Assembly: GCA_964016885.1 (NCBI GenBank)
Contig: OZ024749.1
Location: forward strand, 33,728,001-33,792,000
Source: Eledone cirrhosa
Taxonomy: Eukaryota
DNA: 64,000 bases
Direction of reading: 5' to 3'
The translations under genes were made by a program, and so were the position numbers. The notes under the pieces were generated by a model. It was not told where the DNA came from. It saw only the letters and a program-made list of their open reading frames with translations, and made no database searches. Positions within the stretch are counted from its first letter, which is position 1. Each line of letters begins with the position of its first letter. Below are positions 26,706 to 41,685 of the stretch, one piece after another.

Positions 26706-28077
26706 CTAGCAGTAAAGCCCGGCGTTGCTCGGGGTCGCTCAGTAGCTGTGTTAAAGTTACAATGTTAAGTTTCTTTTTTGGCTTAAAAACTGTAGTGTCT
26801 ACTGTGCAGACTTGCATGTGGTGTTTTTGATTAATATTCCCTCAACCAACAATATGCCTTATGAAGTTAAGAAAACATAACGATAACCCGAATTTTATAA
26901 CAAAAGAGGATGCTGGGGATAAAAACTGCACTGGTTATTTATTAACAAAGATCGAAAATGTAAACACTGCAACGCAGATAAAAACATTAGCGTAACCAAA
27001 TTATCAGTTATGTCTGTCTGCAGGCCTATATCACCTCTCTGCACGACTGTCTGTCTGCACGCCTATATCACCTCTCTGCACGACTGTCTGTCTGCACGCG
27101 TATATCACCTCTCTGCACGACTGTCTGTCTGCACGCCTAACGACGAAATATTTGCTTGTTTTACGTAGTCTTTAAATAGACTTGTTTTCAAGTAAAAATA
27201 TTGTTTTAAAATGCTTTTAAATGGAAATGAAGCAAAACGGAAGCTTAGTGTTCGAACTGATGAATTTTGCAGGTATGCCTTATGAAGTTAAGAAAACATA
27301 ACGATAACCCGAATGTTATAACAAAAGAGGATGCTGGGGATAGAAACTGCACTGGTTATTTATTAACAAAGATCGAAAATGTAAACACTGCAACGCAGAG
27401 AAAAACATTAGCGTAACCAAATTATCAGTTATGTCTGTCTGCACGCCTATATCACCTCTCTGCACGACTGTCTGTCTGCACGCCTATATCACCTCTCTGC
27501 ACGACTGTCTGTCTGCACGCCTATATCACCTCTCTGCTCGACTGTCTGTCTGCACGCCTATATCACCTCTCTGCACGACTGTCTGTCTGCACGCGTATAT
27601 CACCTCTCTGCACGACTGTCTGTCTGCCCGACTGTCTGTCTGCACGCCTAACGACGAAATATTTGCTTGTTTTACGTAGTCTTTAAATAGACTTGTTTTC
27701 AAGTAAAAATATTGTTTTAAAATGCTTTTAAATGGAAATGAAGCAAAACGGAAGCTTAGTGTTCGAACTGATGAATTTTGCAGGTCAATATTTTGCTGGC
27801 TCGACAACTGTTAAAGCCAGCGTAATTTTTTACGTAAGACGCTCAATGTAAACAGAACAAAGGGAAATAACTGATCACTTACGCTCAAAAATCGATACAT
27901 TATATTCGATTTCGTCACATAGGGTGGGTCAATTTGAAATTTTTTTTTTCCGATGTCTTCGCTAGGGCTCAATGTACAAGTATAGCAATTTCGGTGCAAT
28001 TCTGTGAGAGATTCTAAGAGGAGATGTGTGCCAAAAATCGATAGACAGACAGACAACCACAGTTTTATATATATAGA
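26706..28077 (-). mobile_element. Non-autonomous Helitron
   Basis: Minus strand starts TCtatatatataaaa and ends cccgagcaacgccggg (hairpin) ctttactg CTAG, inserted between A and T. It has (GTCT)n near the 5' end, an internal ~420/510-bp tandem duplication and 37-bp subrepeats. Confidence 0.85.
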
Positions 28078-28079
28078 TG

Positions 28080-29770
28080 AAATTTGATTTATGTTGATAA
28101 TGTAAGCGGCAATATATAGTTGTGTATATCTGTAGTACTATTTAAATTAATGACGTCACTGGCATTATTATCTGTACATCTGTAGATCTGTTTAAATTGA
28201 TGACGTCAGCGGCATTATTTCATTATGTGCAACGATAGTTCTATTTATATTGATGATGTCAGTGGCATTATTTAGTTCTGTAGATCTGTAGATCTCTTTA
28301 TGTTGGTGATGTCAGTGGCAACAATTACACGTCTACATCTGTAGATCTGTTTATGTTGATGATGTCAGTGGCAATAATTACTCGTCTACATCTGTAGATC
28401 TGTTTAAATTAATGCGGTCACTGGCATTTTATAGTTCTGTACAACTGTAGATTTGTTTAGATTGATGACGTCAGTGGCATTATTTACTTCTGTACTTCTG
28501 TAGATCTGTTTATGTTGATGATGTCAGCGGCAATATTTATATACATTTATAGGTCCATTCGTGTTGATGTCAGCGGTAATATTTGTGTACATCTATAGGT
28601 CTATTTATGTTGATGTCAGCGGCAATATTTGCGTACATCTATAGGTCTATTTATGTTGATGTCAGCGGCAATATTTGCGTACATCTATAGGTCTATTTAT
28701 GTTGATGTCAGCGGCAATATTTGTGTATATCTATAGGTCTATTTATGTTGATGTCAGCGGCAATATTTGTGTACATCTATAGGTCTATTTATGTTGATGT
28801 CAGCGGCAATATTTGTGTACATCTATAGGTCTATTTATGTTGATGTCAACGGCAATATTTGTGTACATCTATAGGTCTATTTATGTTGATGTCAGCGGCA
28901 ATATTTGTGTATATCTATAGGTCTATTTATGTTGATGTCAGCGGCAATATTTGTGTACATCTATAGGTCTATTTATGTTGATGTCAGCGGCAATATTTGT
29001 GTATATCTATAGGTCTATTTATGTTGATGTCAACGGCAATATTTGTGTACATCTATAGGTCTATTTATGTTGATGTCAGCGGCAATATTTGTGTATCTAT
29101 AGGTCTATTTATGTTGATGTCAACGGCAATATTTGTGTACATCTATAGGTCTATTTATGTTGATGTCAGCGGCAATATTTGTGTATATCTATAGGTCTAT
29201 TTATGTTGATGTCAGCGGCAATTTTTGCGTACATCTATAGGTCTATTTATGTTGATGTCAGCGGCAATATTTGCGTACATCTATAGGTCTATTTATGTTG
29301 ATGTCAGCGGCAATATTTGTGTATATCTATAGGTCTATTTATGTTGATGTCAGCGGCAATTTTTGCGTACATCTATAGGTCTATTTATGTTGATGTCAGC
29401 GGCAATATTTGCGTACATCTATAGGTCTATTTATGTTGATGTCAGCGGCAATATTTGTATACATCTATAGGTCTATTTATGTTGATGTCAGCGGTAATAT
29501 TTGTGTATATATAGGTCTATTTACGTTGATGTCAGCGGCAATATTTGTGTACATCTATAGGTCTATTTATGTTGATGTCAGCGGTAATATTTGTGTATAT
29601 ATAGGTCTATTTATGTTGATGTCAGCGGTAATATTTGTGTACATCTATAGGTCTATTTACGTTGATGTCAGCGGCAATATTTGTGTATATCTATAGGTTT
29701 ATTTATGTTGATGTCCATGGCAATATTTTCTTGAACATCTGTGGATCTGTTATGTTGATGACGTCAGAGG
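28080..29770. repeat. 46-bp minisatellite with diverged flanks
   Basis: Unit gttgatgtcagcggcaatatttgtgtacatctataggtctatttat, about 25 homogeneous units at 28563-29720. Longer diverged units lie upstream. Confidence 0.95.
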
Positions 29771-30006
29771 CAGTTGGTGATTTCGTGTTGGGAGTGTTGG
29801 TGTTGCCGGTGTTGTTGGTGGTTTTGGTGTTGTTAATGTTGGAGGTGTTTGTTTGGTGTTGTTGTTGGTGTTGGAGGTGTTTGTTTGGTATTGTTGTTGT
29901 TGTTGTTGGTGTTGTTGGTGTTTGTGTCACTCTATATATATTGAGAGAATTATGCAAAAGCACCAGATCTGAAATTAGCTCATTTAACTTTTTACAATTG
30001 TTTCTG

Positions 30007-30116
<110 letters not shown>

Positions 30117-30132
30117 TGTGTGAGTGTGTGTG

Positions 30133-30179
<47 letters not shown>

Positions 30180-30240
30180 CTACATAAATATATGCATACA
30201 TGCATGCATGCTTATACACACACACACATATATATCATAT

Positions 30241-30280
<40 letters not shown>

Positions 30281-30295
30281 GTTTGTGTGTGTGTG

Positions 30296-30345
<50 letters not shown>

Positions 30346-30468
30346 TGTGTGCGTACATAAATATATGCATACATGCATGCTTATACACACACACACACAT
30401 ATATATCATATATATATATGTGTGTGTGTGTGTTTGTGTGTTTGTGTGTGTATGTGTGTGTTTGTGTG

Positions 30469-30505
<37 letters not shown>

Positions 30506-30928
30506 ATGCACATAGAAACATACATACATGCATACATACATACATACAATTCAAAGGAAGATGTAGCGAAGACTTAGATATAGGATATCCCGAGACATTT
30601 TTGTTTTGGGTTTAACCTTGGCCCAGTGACAACAGTATTTTAATCAGACAGCCAGCTCTTTATTATTGTTCTGTGAAGGGCGGTACGACATATGACATAT
30701 GTTTGTTAATACACTCACACACACACATGTACACACATACAAATATATACACATGCATATACATTCACATATTAACACATACACACACAAACATACGCAC
30801 AAACATACACACACATACATAGAAACACGCACGCATACAAAAACACACACATACAAACACAAACACACACATGCAAGCATATATATATAAAATATATATG
30901 TATGTATATATATATGTGTGTGTATCTG

Positions 30929-31001
<73 letters not shown>

Positions 31002-31044
31002 ATATATGTATATATATATATGTATATATATGTATATATATATG

Positions 31045-31114
<70 letters not shown>

Positions 31115-31213
31115 CCCCCCCCGTTCTTCTTGCTTTCTTCGTATTCCCACTGCATTTTAAGTTACCTTAAATAGCAACTACACAGCCATTTCTATTCTCC
31201 ATATATTTATACA

Positions 31214-31309
<96 letters not shown>

Positions 31310-31321
31310 TATATATATGTA

Positions 31322-32480
31322 TCAGATTATGATAACACCAATGACATCACGGTGCACTCGGATAAAACTGGTAACCTCTACTTCGTCAACCCCGACAGAT
31401 ACCACACACTGATCAGGAGCAGCCTAAACTCCACCTATAAAAAGGCTAACCACTCATGCATCGAGGACATAAATCGAGATGGACAACAAATTACCTCCAG
31501 CCTCGGGGTCGCCGACCGCACGGAACCCCTAGACCCACGGACTCCCTACTTCACACTGAAGGACCACAAATCCGATTTCGACTGTAAACCATCTATCAGG
31601 CTTATAAACCCAACGAAGTCCGACATAGGGAGAATCAGTAAAAAAAATCCTAGACCGCGTTATACCAAAAGTTAAGCAAAACTCCAGACTTAGCCTCTGG
31701 GTCAACACCCAGGAAGTAACCTCATGGTTCAGCAATATGGAGGACAAACGAGACACAAAATTCATCCAGTTTGACATAAAGAGTTACTATTCTTCAATTA
31801 CCTTACCGCTCCGTACGGCCGCCTTGGATTTTGCCAAGACACTTGCGCCCATCACCGACCAGGAAAGAAATATCATCCTCCACGCCAGGAAGACAGTCCT
31901 ACTTTTCGACAACTCCAAATGGATAAAGAGAGCTCCCTACTCCCCCTTCAACGTCAGTATGGGCGCGACGGATTCGGCCGAGGTCACAGATCTCATAGGA
32001 TTATTCCTACTAGTTAAACTCACCGATATGTTTCCTGCATTCGGCGGTGGATTGTACAGTGATGATGGGCTCCTTATCCTTAAAAGGTACAACCCCAGTA
32101 GTACAGACCGAGTCCGTAAACAATTAATCAGCTTCTTCCGCGACTGGGGATTTAAAATAACCCTACAAACGTCCCTAACCCGAGTCAACTTCCTGGACGT
32201 TACCCTTGACCTCGATAATGATCTGTACTACCCATACAGGAAACCAAACGATAACCTGCACTACATCCACCGCCGGTCAAACCATCCTAGAAACATCACC
32301 AATAACCTGGTTAAAAACATCTCCCTCCGCATATCTCGTTTGTCCGCTAATGAGCAGATATTCGAGGAACATGCGCCTTATTACAACCAGGCCCTCAGGC
32401 GGAGTGGCTTCCGGGAGGAAATATCCTACTGTCCAGCTTCCATTAGCGGAACCAGCAGGCGACACCGCCGCTCACGCAAC
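31322..32480 (+). pseudogene. Penelope-like reverse transcriptase fragment (probably Naiad-type), frameshifted
   Basis: SDKT..TLKDHK..RLINPTKSDIGRISK, frameshift at the A run near 31640, then FIQFDIKSYYSSI, VSMGATDSAEVTDLIG, GLYSDDGL (YRDD expected), VNFLDVTLDL, YRKPND, SNHP. (TA)n on both sides. Confidence 0.9.
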
Positions 32481-32562
<82 letters not shown>

Positions 32563-33103
32563 CGAGGTTTTTTATATGAAATCGTGTGTCGAAACAGATA
32601 TTGTTATATTTGCGTAATATTACCAGAATTAATAACAGAACACACTCACTGTTTGGTTGGTTTTCGCTTCTCGCTGTCTTTTATATCTGCGATCTAACTT
32701 ACTCGGTCCTCAATGTTGCCATTGACTGACCGACGGTCAAAAATAATACAGATACAATATAGACACAAACACATATATATAGTTTACATAATTTACATAA
32801 ATCTTTCGTTGCACATCTGCAACATCGTCAGTGGTGTTATATTCTTTGTTCCTCCTGTTGTGTTGTATGTCTACGCCATTTTTTTTATTCAGTCTGTCTA
32901 TATATTTATTTATTTATTTGCTTGTTTGTTTATCTTATTTTATTTTGTCTTCTTTGCGCATGCGTTTGCGTGTGTGCATAGTGTTATGTGTGCTGTGTGA
33001 CTAGTGTGTATAGTGTTGTGTCTGCTGGGTGACTAGTGTGTGTTTATGTGCTTGTTGTTATTGTGCTTGTGTATGTATTTATTTATCTTATTTTAATTTA
33101 TTT

Positions 33104-33551
33104 TAAATCCCTGATCAGCAAAACCTACCCTTTTAAGAAAACCCACTGTACCAATAGGAAATGTATTATATGTAAGGTGAACCCCCGGATAAACTGTAAA
33201 ACTAGAAACGTAGTCTATAGCATAAGATGTACAGAGGGTACTTGCAGAAACATGACAACAACATACATAGGTGAGACAGCTCGTAGTATAGGTGAAAGGA
33301 TAGACCAACACTGGGGGGAACTAAAAGGACGAAAAAACGGGTCAGTACTATACGAACATGCTAGACAACAACATGACGGTAACATAGACAACATAGAAAT
33401 TAGAATAATATCTAAACATAGGAATGACCCAGCAGATAGGCAAATCAGAGAGGCCAGTGAAATAGAAATTAGAAGACCAAAGCTAAACAGAAAGAATGAC
33501 AACAACAACACCCAAACAACAACAACACCCAAACAAACAACACTGACCTAA
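33104..33551 (+). pseudogene. GIY-YIG endonuclease domain of a PLE (5'-truncated open frame)
   Basis: CTNRKCIIC...CKTRNVVYSIRC...YIGETARSIGERIDQH...RQIREA...LNRK. Confidence 0.88.
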
Positions 33552-33832
33552 GAGAAGTATAAATAAGTAAATAAAATAAAATAAGATAAATAAATACATA
33601 CACAAGCACAATAACAACAAGCACATAAACACACACTAGTCACCCAGCAGACACAACACTATACACACTAGTCACACAGCACACATAACACGATGCACAC
33701 ACGCAAACGCATGCGCAAAGAAGACAAAATAAAATAAGATAAACAAACAAGCAAATAAATAAATATATAGACAGACTGAATAAAAAAATGGCGTAGACAT
33801 ACAACACAACAGGAGGAACAAAGAATATAACA

Positions 33833-33872
33833 CCACTGACGATGTTGCAGATGTGCAACGAAAGATTTATGT
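33833..33872 (+). ncRNA. Hammerhead-like motif (mirror copy at 32795-32834, -)
   Basis: CTGACGA-t-gttgca-gatg-tgcaac-GAAA-gatt-TA. Stem I is weak. Confidence 0.55.
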
Positions 33873-34077
33873 AAATTATGTAAACTATATATATGTGTTT
33901 GTGTCTATATTGTATCTGTATTATTTTTGACCGTCGGTCAGTCAATGGCAACATTGAGGACCGAGTAAGTTAGATCGCAGATATAAAAGACAGCGAGAAG
34001 CGAAAACCAACCAAACAGTGAGTGTGTTCTGTTATTAATTCTGGCAATATTACGCAAATATGACCCTCCCCAAGTAT

Positions 34078-34123
<46 letters not shown>

Positions 34124-34746
34124 GCATATATATATATATATATATAAGCATAATAGAAATCCAAACCTCAACACGAATGTGCACTGAATGTTTGCTTGTA
34201 TTTGTGTTGCTTTGTTTCTTAAGGTTCGGTTCGCCATGTTATTATTTCTTAAATCTAAAACGCAAAGATGTTTACATATATAACGGACGTTTGTTTACAG
34301 TTATCAGCAGCAATGGCGACTCGCTACAAAACTGTCTTCCATTTTAACTGCACTCCTATTATGACGCCAGTTAATGAAAGTATATCTGTTGAGAGATGCT
34401 TGTTTATTATATATTAAATTATGTTTATTTCGTATTTTTTCTCCTGTCAATGAAGGAAGGTAGCGTGTCTTTATGAGAAAGGAAAGCGAAAGAGAAAGAG
34501 AAGCAGAATAGTCTTCTTCGTGCGCAAACACATGCGCACACACATGCACACAGATGTACACATACGTACATACAGACGCTGCACATATTCACAGACATAT
34601 AAATATAAGTGTGTGTATACATATATACATAGATACATACATACATACATACATACATATATTTATATACATATATATATGCATATATTACACACAAGCA
34701 CATACACAGACACATATTTATGTGTGTGTATGTGTGTATGTATGTA

Positions 34747-34830
<84 letters not shown>

Positions 34831-34888
34831 TATTTATCTCCATCTATATCTATATATATATACATATATCACTATACATATATATATG

Positions 34889-34919
<31 letters not shown>

Positions 34920-35010
34920 ACATACAAGCACATGCACAGGCACATATTTATGTGTGTGTATGTATATATGTATATATATATATATATATCATCATCATCA
35001 TTATCATCAT

Positions 35011-35125
<115 letters not shown>

Positions 35126-35561
35126 TCTATATCTATATCTTTATATATATATACATATATCAATATACATATATATATGTGTGTGTATGTATGTGTGTGT
35201 GTGTGTGTATACTCCACATGAATCACGAGCATGCATACATACACACATACATACATACATACATAGACATACTCGTACGTATATAAACACATAAACGTTA
35301 ATAATACCAAACGACTATATTTTGAAATAATTCAGACAATAAAAATTGTAATGCCGCCAACTTGAATTGGTATCTGGTTATATAATCTGTTAGATGTATA
35401 TAATTAGATAACTCAGTAAGTTCGATACAGTATATAACTGGATTTCTAGGGCTACATACACAATCTCAGTTACACTAGATTAAACATACGCTGCCTACTA
35501 CGCACGCACAAGAGCGATAGAGCGATACATTTATATCTGTATATATATATATATATGTGCA

Positions 35562-35677
<116 letters not shown>

Positions 35678-35747
35678 CATGTGTGTATATATATATATAT
35701 ATATATATTTATGTGTATATATATATATATACACGAATATGTGTATA

Positions 35748-35783
<36 letters not shown>

Positions 35784-35815
35784 GTATATATATATTTATA
35801 TATATATATACAAAC

Positions 35816-35895
<80 letters not shown>

Positions 35896-35958
35896 GTGTG
35901 TATGTGTATGTATAAGTACAAGTAGATAATATACATATGTAATTACATTTGTACACAT

Positions 35959-36325
<367 letters not shown>

Positions 36326-36364
36326 ATATATGCAAAGAGATGTTTGTGTAGGTGAGTGTATATG

Positions 36365-36465
<101 letters not shown>

Positions 36466-37217
36466 ATATGTATATGTTTCTCAGTATCTGTGTTTACACA
36501 GTTCAACAGCATACAAAAATAACCATTCTTCTTGTTCTTCTTCTTCCTCTTCTTCTTTTTGCTGCTATTGTAGCTGCTGCTGCTGTTGTTGTTGTTCACA
36601 TGTGAGGGGAATTAGAATTTAAGTGATTGATTAAAATGGATGGATTTATGCAAATAATATTGCCGAAAGCAATTAAAATGTTATAAACATTCAACTACAC
36701 AGAAAAATACAAACAAGGACGCATGCGCACACATACACGTACACACGCACAAACACACACACATGCATACACATGTACACACATGTACAGACATGTACAG
36801 AGGCACATATACACACACACACGTATGTACACATGTACACAAACTCATGCTTGTACACACGTACGTACACACATAAATATGTACACACACACATGTACAC
36901 ACACATGTACGCATACATGTACACACACACACGTACACATATATTAGTTCACACGTTAGGCTACACAATATCACGCATTCAAATTTTTAGGAGAAAATAT
37001 AGTTGATTGCATTTAATTAAGTGAAAAGAGTCTAATTAGAAAATAGCTAATTTAGATTTCTGCTACATCTTGTCAGTGTTGTGTAATGGTAAATCTATAT
37101 TTATCTAATTACACACACACATACACATAACACATACACACATACTCACGGGCGCACACACACACACACATGCCTCCACACACACACATATATATATATA
37201 TATATTACAAAAGCAGA

Positions 37218-37301
37218 GGTCCGATGAGCTTTTGATTCCAGAGTCGGGCCAGTCGATATAGATCGAAACTTGAGCTGATCAATAGCGAAACGCGCGTCAC
37301 C
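37218..37301 (+). ncRNA. Hammerhead-like motif with C4 core and expanded stem II
   Basis: ggt-CCGATGA-gcttttgat...atcaatagc-GAAA-cgcgcg-TC-acc, followed by aataaa. Confidence 0.55.
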
Positions 37302-37452
37302 AATCAATAAACATAATGAAGGCATAACAAATCGTCCTTGTATTATTATATTTACACTCTATTTAGCTCTACACCTCGCTACAGACGTGAAACTAAACAT
37401 CGAGTGCTCACCTGGGTGAACCTCCAGAGACTTCGCGTTACAGCCCCTGGAT

Positions 37453-37512
37453 GTGCCCCAGCATGGCCTCAGCCGGATGACTGAAACAGGTAAAAGAGTA
37501 AAAGAGTAATAT
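37453..37512 (+). mobile_element. 60-bp LINE/SINE 3' end with 12-bp TSD
   Basis: cagcccctggat at 37441 and 37513 flanks gtgccccagcatggcc...gtaaaagagtaaaagag. The same tail is at 7180-7225 (-). Confidence 0.75.
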
Positions 37513-37520
37513 CAGCCCCT

Positions 37521-37559
<39 letters not shown>

Positions 37560-37799
37560 AGTTAACTCGAAAATAGAGTTTTGAGACGCGAGTGTATTAG
37601 GATTCTGAGGGAAATGGGAAAACTCGGCGTATGGAAACTGTTAGGACAGCAAAATGCCGCTGAAGCGGCGTTGGGTAAAATATTACCTCGAAGGACAGGG
37701 ATCAGCGGCTAGATGTGAGTTGACTCGACTGAGAGGAAGGAAGAGAAGATATGAAGAAGGAAAAAGAATGTATGAGAGTGGACAGGTCACAAACATTAA

Positions 37800-37990
37800 A
37801 TAATTGTTTCTACTTTAGGCACAAGGCCAGCAAATTACCCAGTGCATTACTGGTACTTTATTTTATCGACCCCGTAAGGATGAAAGGCAAAGTCAACCTC
37901 GGCGGGATTTGAACTCAGATCATAAAGGGACGTAACTATGCTGGAAAGCATGGCGTCCGACCCTCTACCGATACTGCCAATCCACCACCC
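37800..37990 (-). mobile_element. Full-length family 1 SINE with TSD
   Basis: attaaataat is duplicated on both sides. Confidence 0.92.
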
Positions 37991-38735
37991 ATTAAATAAT
38001 GCTCTTCAGACTTCGACCTCTTGCAGTTTCGACGAATTAATGAGATTACTGCGGGGAATAGGAGACTCGTAACGGAGAAACAAATATCTTCGTTCATATA
38101 ATGTTTGTGTTGGGACAGAAGAGAGAGAAAAATGAAGTGCGTCCGATCGACCCCAAGTCGTCGCGAGAAAGGAAGAATATTGGCGACAGTAGAACTGACC
38201 TCTGGAAAGGACAGAGGGGAAGAAGGTAACGACGAAGTGTCATTTTAAAATGTATTTTTTATTGCATATCAACCGTTACATATATTTCACTGATTATCGG
38301 CTCGAGATTTTTATCGGTATGATAGGCCTGACTGTAATATTGATTTACTCAACAGTCGTGTGAATATTCAAATCAAAACATTTCCATTTTTATTTGAAGC
38401 CCCATGACCTATCTTTAACAATGCACCCTTCATCATCTATGATGGTTGGGTGTAATTTCATTGAGATTTGGTTAGTATTACTATCAAATCATATGCTTGG
38501 CCATTGGATAAAACTTCAATTTTTACCTGTTACTCCTTTCAACGACGCCATCTTACAAGTTATGGTAATAGATATTTCTAAGTCAGTGATAGTAATACTA
38601 TTTTTGATTGTCTAACGATCCTAAGCAGAAGGAATTTTTTTCTCTTAAACCGGAGTTTAGCATGTATCACATAATACTCTACTGAAACCCCTTAAAATAT
38701 ATTTTGCGTTGTATGTATTTTAACGCATATATCTA

Positions 38736-38947
38736 CAGGGTGGGCCAGAATTCATGACTCTCTTGTTAGTTATATTTCTTAACATGCTTATTTTATTGTT
38801 ATTGTTTTAATTTATTATTTTATTTCTTAATATGCTTAGCAGGTTTCTTAATTTATATTTTTATTTCTGAATAAAAACCTTACAGGTTTTTTTATTTATA
38901 AATAATCTATAAATAATCAAGTGAGTCATGAGCTTTGGCCCACCCTG
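38736..38947. mobile_element. Tc1/mariner-type MITE
   Basis: 25-bp TIR cagggtgggcca(g/a)a(a/g)(t/c)tcatgactc with TA on both sides. Confidence 0.85.
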
Positions 38948-39401
38948 TATATAAATGGAGGTGAATTGGCGTAGTCGTAGTTTGTACATCGTAGAGAATG
39001 TTTTGCAGTGTTTATATCAGTATTCAGAGTTTAAATCCCTCCGAGCTCAACTTTGCCTTTCATCATTTTATCGTCGATAAATATTAACGTGACAGTCCAG
39101 TACTCACTCTTTCTGGAAACAATCAGCTATGTTCAGATCTGGAGAGTGATGGACGCAGATGGCATATCACGATGCACCCTCACCACACCACTACCACTAT
39201 ATGTTTGTGTGAGTGTGTGTGTGTGTGTGTGTGAGTGTGTGTGTTTGTGCGTCTGTGTTTGTGTATATGTGTGTACCTTTACATTTGTGTGTTTATGTGT
39301 GTATTTGTGCGTGTCTGTGTTTGTGTGCATGTATGTACTTTTATATTCGTGTGTGTTTGTGTGTGTTTGTGTGTGTTTGTGTGCATGTGTGTACCTTTAT
39401 A

Positions 39402-39440
<39 letters not shown>

Positions 39441-39451
39441 CTTTATATTTG

Positions 39452-39486
<35 letters not shown>

Positions 39487-40133
39487 ACCTTTACGTTTGT
39501 GTGTGTGTATCTTTACGTTTGTGTGTGCACTGTTGTGGGTTGTACCTGATAAATGGATTTTTTTCGGTTGACATTTCTCATTTCAATACTTTGTTATTTA
39601 AACCACTTTGTATGTATATGGCAGCGAGTTATTAATTGAGAGATTACCTGGTCTTTTTTAAAGTTAACCTGTGAATGTCTAAGGTTTCTGAGCTGAGCAA
39701 AGGAAGAGATTTATGATTCTTTCTTTCGATGTCAAGAGATCCGTGTTTACAACAGTCATTGAGAAAAAAACAAACCTTTCTCTTCTTTGTCTACATCACA
39801 CGTAAGGAAATGATCCGATTATCAGATAATACGAAGGAGGCGATACAGCCATAATATATAATCATGTATTGGTGACATATATTGTAACTCACAATACTTA
39901 GAGCTGTTGAACATTAGAAAGGAAAATAGCTCATTGTCACATCGACAAAGGAAGCATTGCTTTCCTTTCGTCTTCCCATTGTTGATACAAATTACCGATC
40001 ACAACTCCTGACAGGAAGAAGGTTTGAACTCAGAACGCATGTAGCCTGATCAGATATCACACGCAAGTATGTTGCCAAATCTCTTTAACCATTTCACCAA
40101 ATCACTTCTCATCAACTATTATTTTATTTATTT

Positions 40134-40323
40134 GGTGGTGGATTGGCAGTATCGGTACAGGGTCGGACGCCATGCTTTCCAGCATAGTTACGTCCCTTTA
40201 CGATCTGAGTTCAAATCCCGCCGAGGTTGACTGTGCCTTTCATCCTTGCGGGGTCGATAACATAAAGTACCAGTAATGCACTGGGGTAATTGCTGACCTT
40301 GTGCCTAACGTAGAAACAATTAT
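40134..40323 (+). mobile_element. Full-length family 1 SINE with TSD
   Basis: attattttatttatttg is duplicated on both sides. Confidence 0.92.
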
Positions 40324-41237
40324 TTTATTTATTTGCCTCGAGAAAATGTAGGGCAAAGTTGTTCTCGATGGATTTTGAACTCAGAGAGAAGAGAGCCAGA
40401 ACGAATACCAAAAAAGCATTCTATCCGACCTTCTTAACGATTCTGCCAAGTTACCACCCTGCATCAGACTTTACTTCATACAAACCCCCTTAAAAGGTGG
40501 TATGTTTCCCCTCATTTAACATGAATGTCTATATGTTATGTGAGGGTGTATGTGTGTGTGTATATCATGAGTGCATGTGTGTCTATAATCTAGGTGAGTG
40601 TGTGTATTTCTTTTATATGTCTATGTATTGTGAGTGTGAGCCTTTTGCATGTCTATATGTTGAGTGAGTGTTTCTGTGGTTGTGTATATGTATGTGTGTG
40701 AGTCTTGCATGTCTATATCGTGTGAGTGTTTGTATGGGTGCGTATATGTGGGTGTGTATGTGTGTGAGTCTTTTGCATGTGTATATGTTGTGTGATTATT
40801 TGTATGGGTGTGTATGTGTGTGTATATATGAGCCTTTTACATGGCTATATGTTGTGTGAGTGTTTGTATGGCTGTGTATATGTGTGTGTATGTGTGTGAG
40901 TTTTTTGCATGTCTATATGTTGTGTGCGTGCTTGCATGGGTGTGTATGTGTGTGTGTATGTGTGTGTGTATGTGTGTATGTGTGTATGTGTGAGCCTTTT
41001 ACATGTCTATATGTGCGTGTGTGTATGTGTGTGTGTCTTTTGCATGTCTATATGTTGTGTGCGTTTTTGTATGTGTGTGTATGTGTGTGTGTGTATATGT
41101 GTGTTTTGCATGTATATATGTTGTGTGAATATGTACCGTTTGCATATCTATGTATGGTCTGTGTGTGTGTGTCAGTGTGTTTAGTTTTTACATGTTTATA
41201 TGTTGTGTGAGTGTTTGTATGTGTGAGAGTCTTATAC

Positions 41238-41290
<53 letters not shown>

Positions 41291-41534
41291 TATATACATA
41301 TACATATATATATATATATACATATATGACAGTCGTCAAATCGGACCGAGAGAACAATGTTTCCATTGGTCTTTCCAATTGCTAATACTATCTATCGGTC
41401 GCAACTCCAGGTAGAAGGAGCAATGTGAAATAAAGTGTCTTGCTCAAGGACATAACGCATCGCCCGGTCCAGGAATCGAACTCACAACCTCACGATTGAG
41501 AGTTCAATTCTCTTACCACTCAGCCACGCGCCTT

Positions 41535-41685
<151 letters not shown>

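Larger units (their letters stand above)
32562..34083 (+). mobile_element. 5'-truncated PLE with GIY-YIG domain and inverted pLTRs
   Basis: 32600-33103 is the reverse complement of about 33566-34083 and encloses the endonuclease frame. (TA)n flanks. Confidence 0.9.

Noticed and set aside
28563-29720. Regular 46-bp and 29-bp (3783-4233) arrays as CRISPR
   Set aside because: No unique spacers, no cas genes, and a eukaryotic repeat context.
37560-38240. Possible decayed LINE ORF interrupted by a SINE
   Set aside because: Higher complexity sequence, but no protein motif could be read with confidence.
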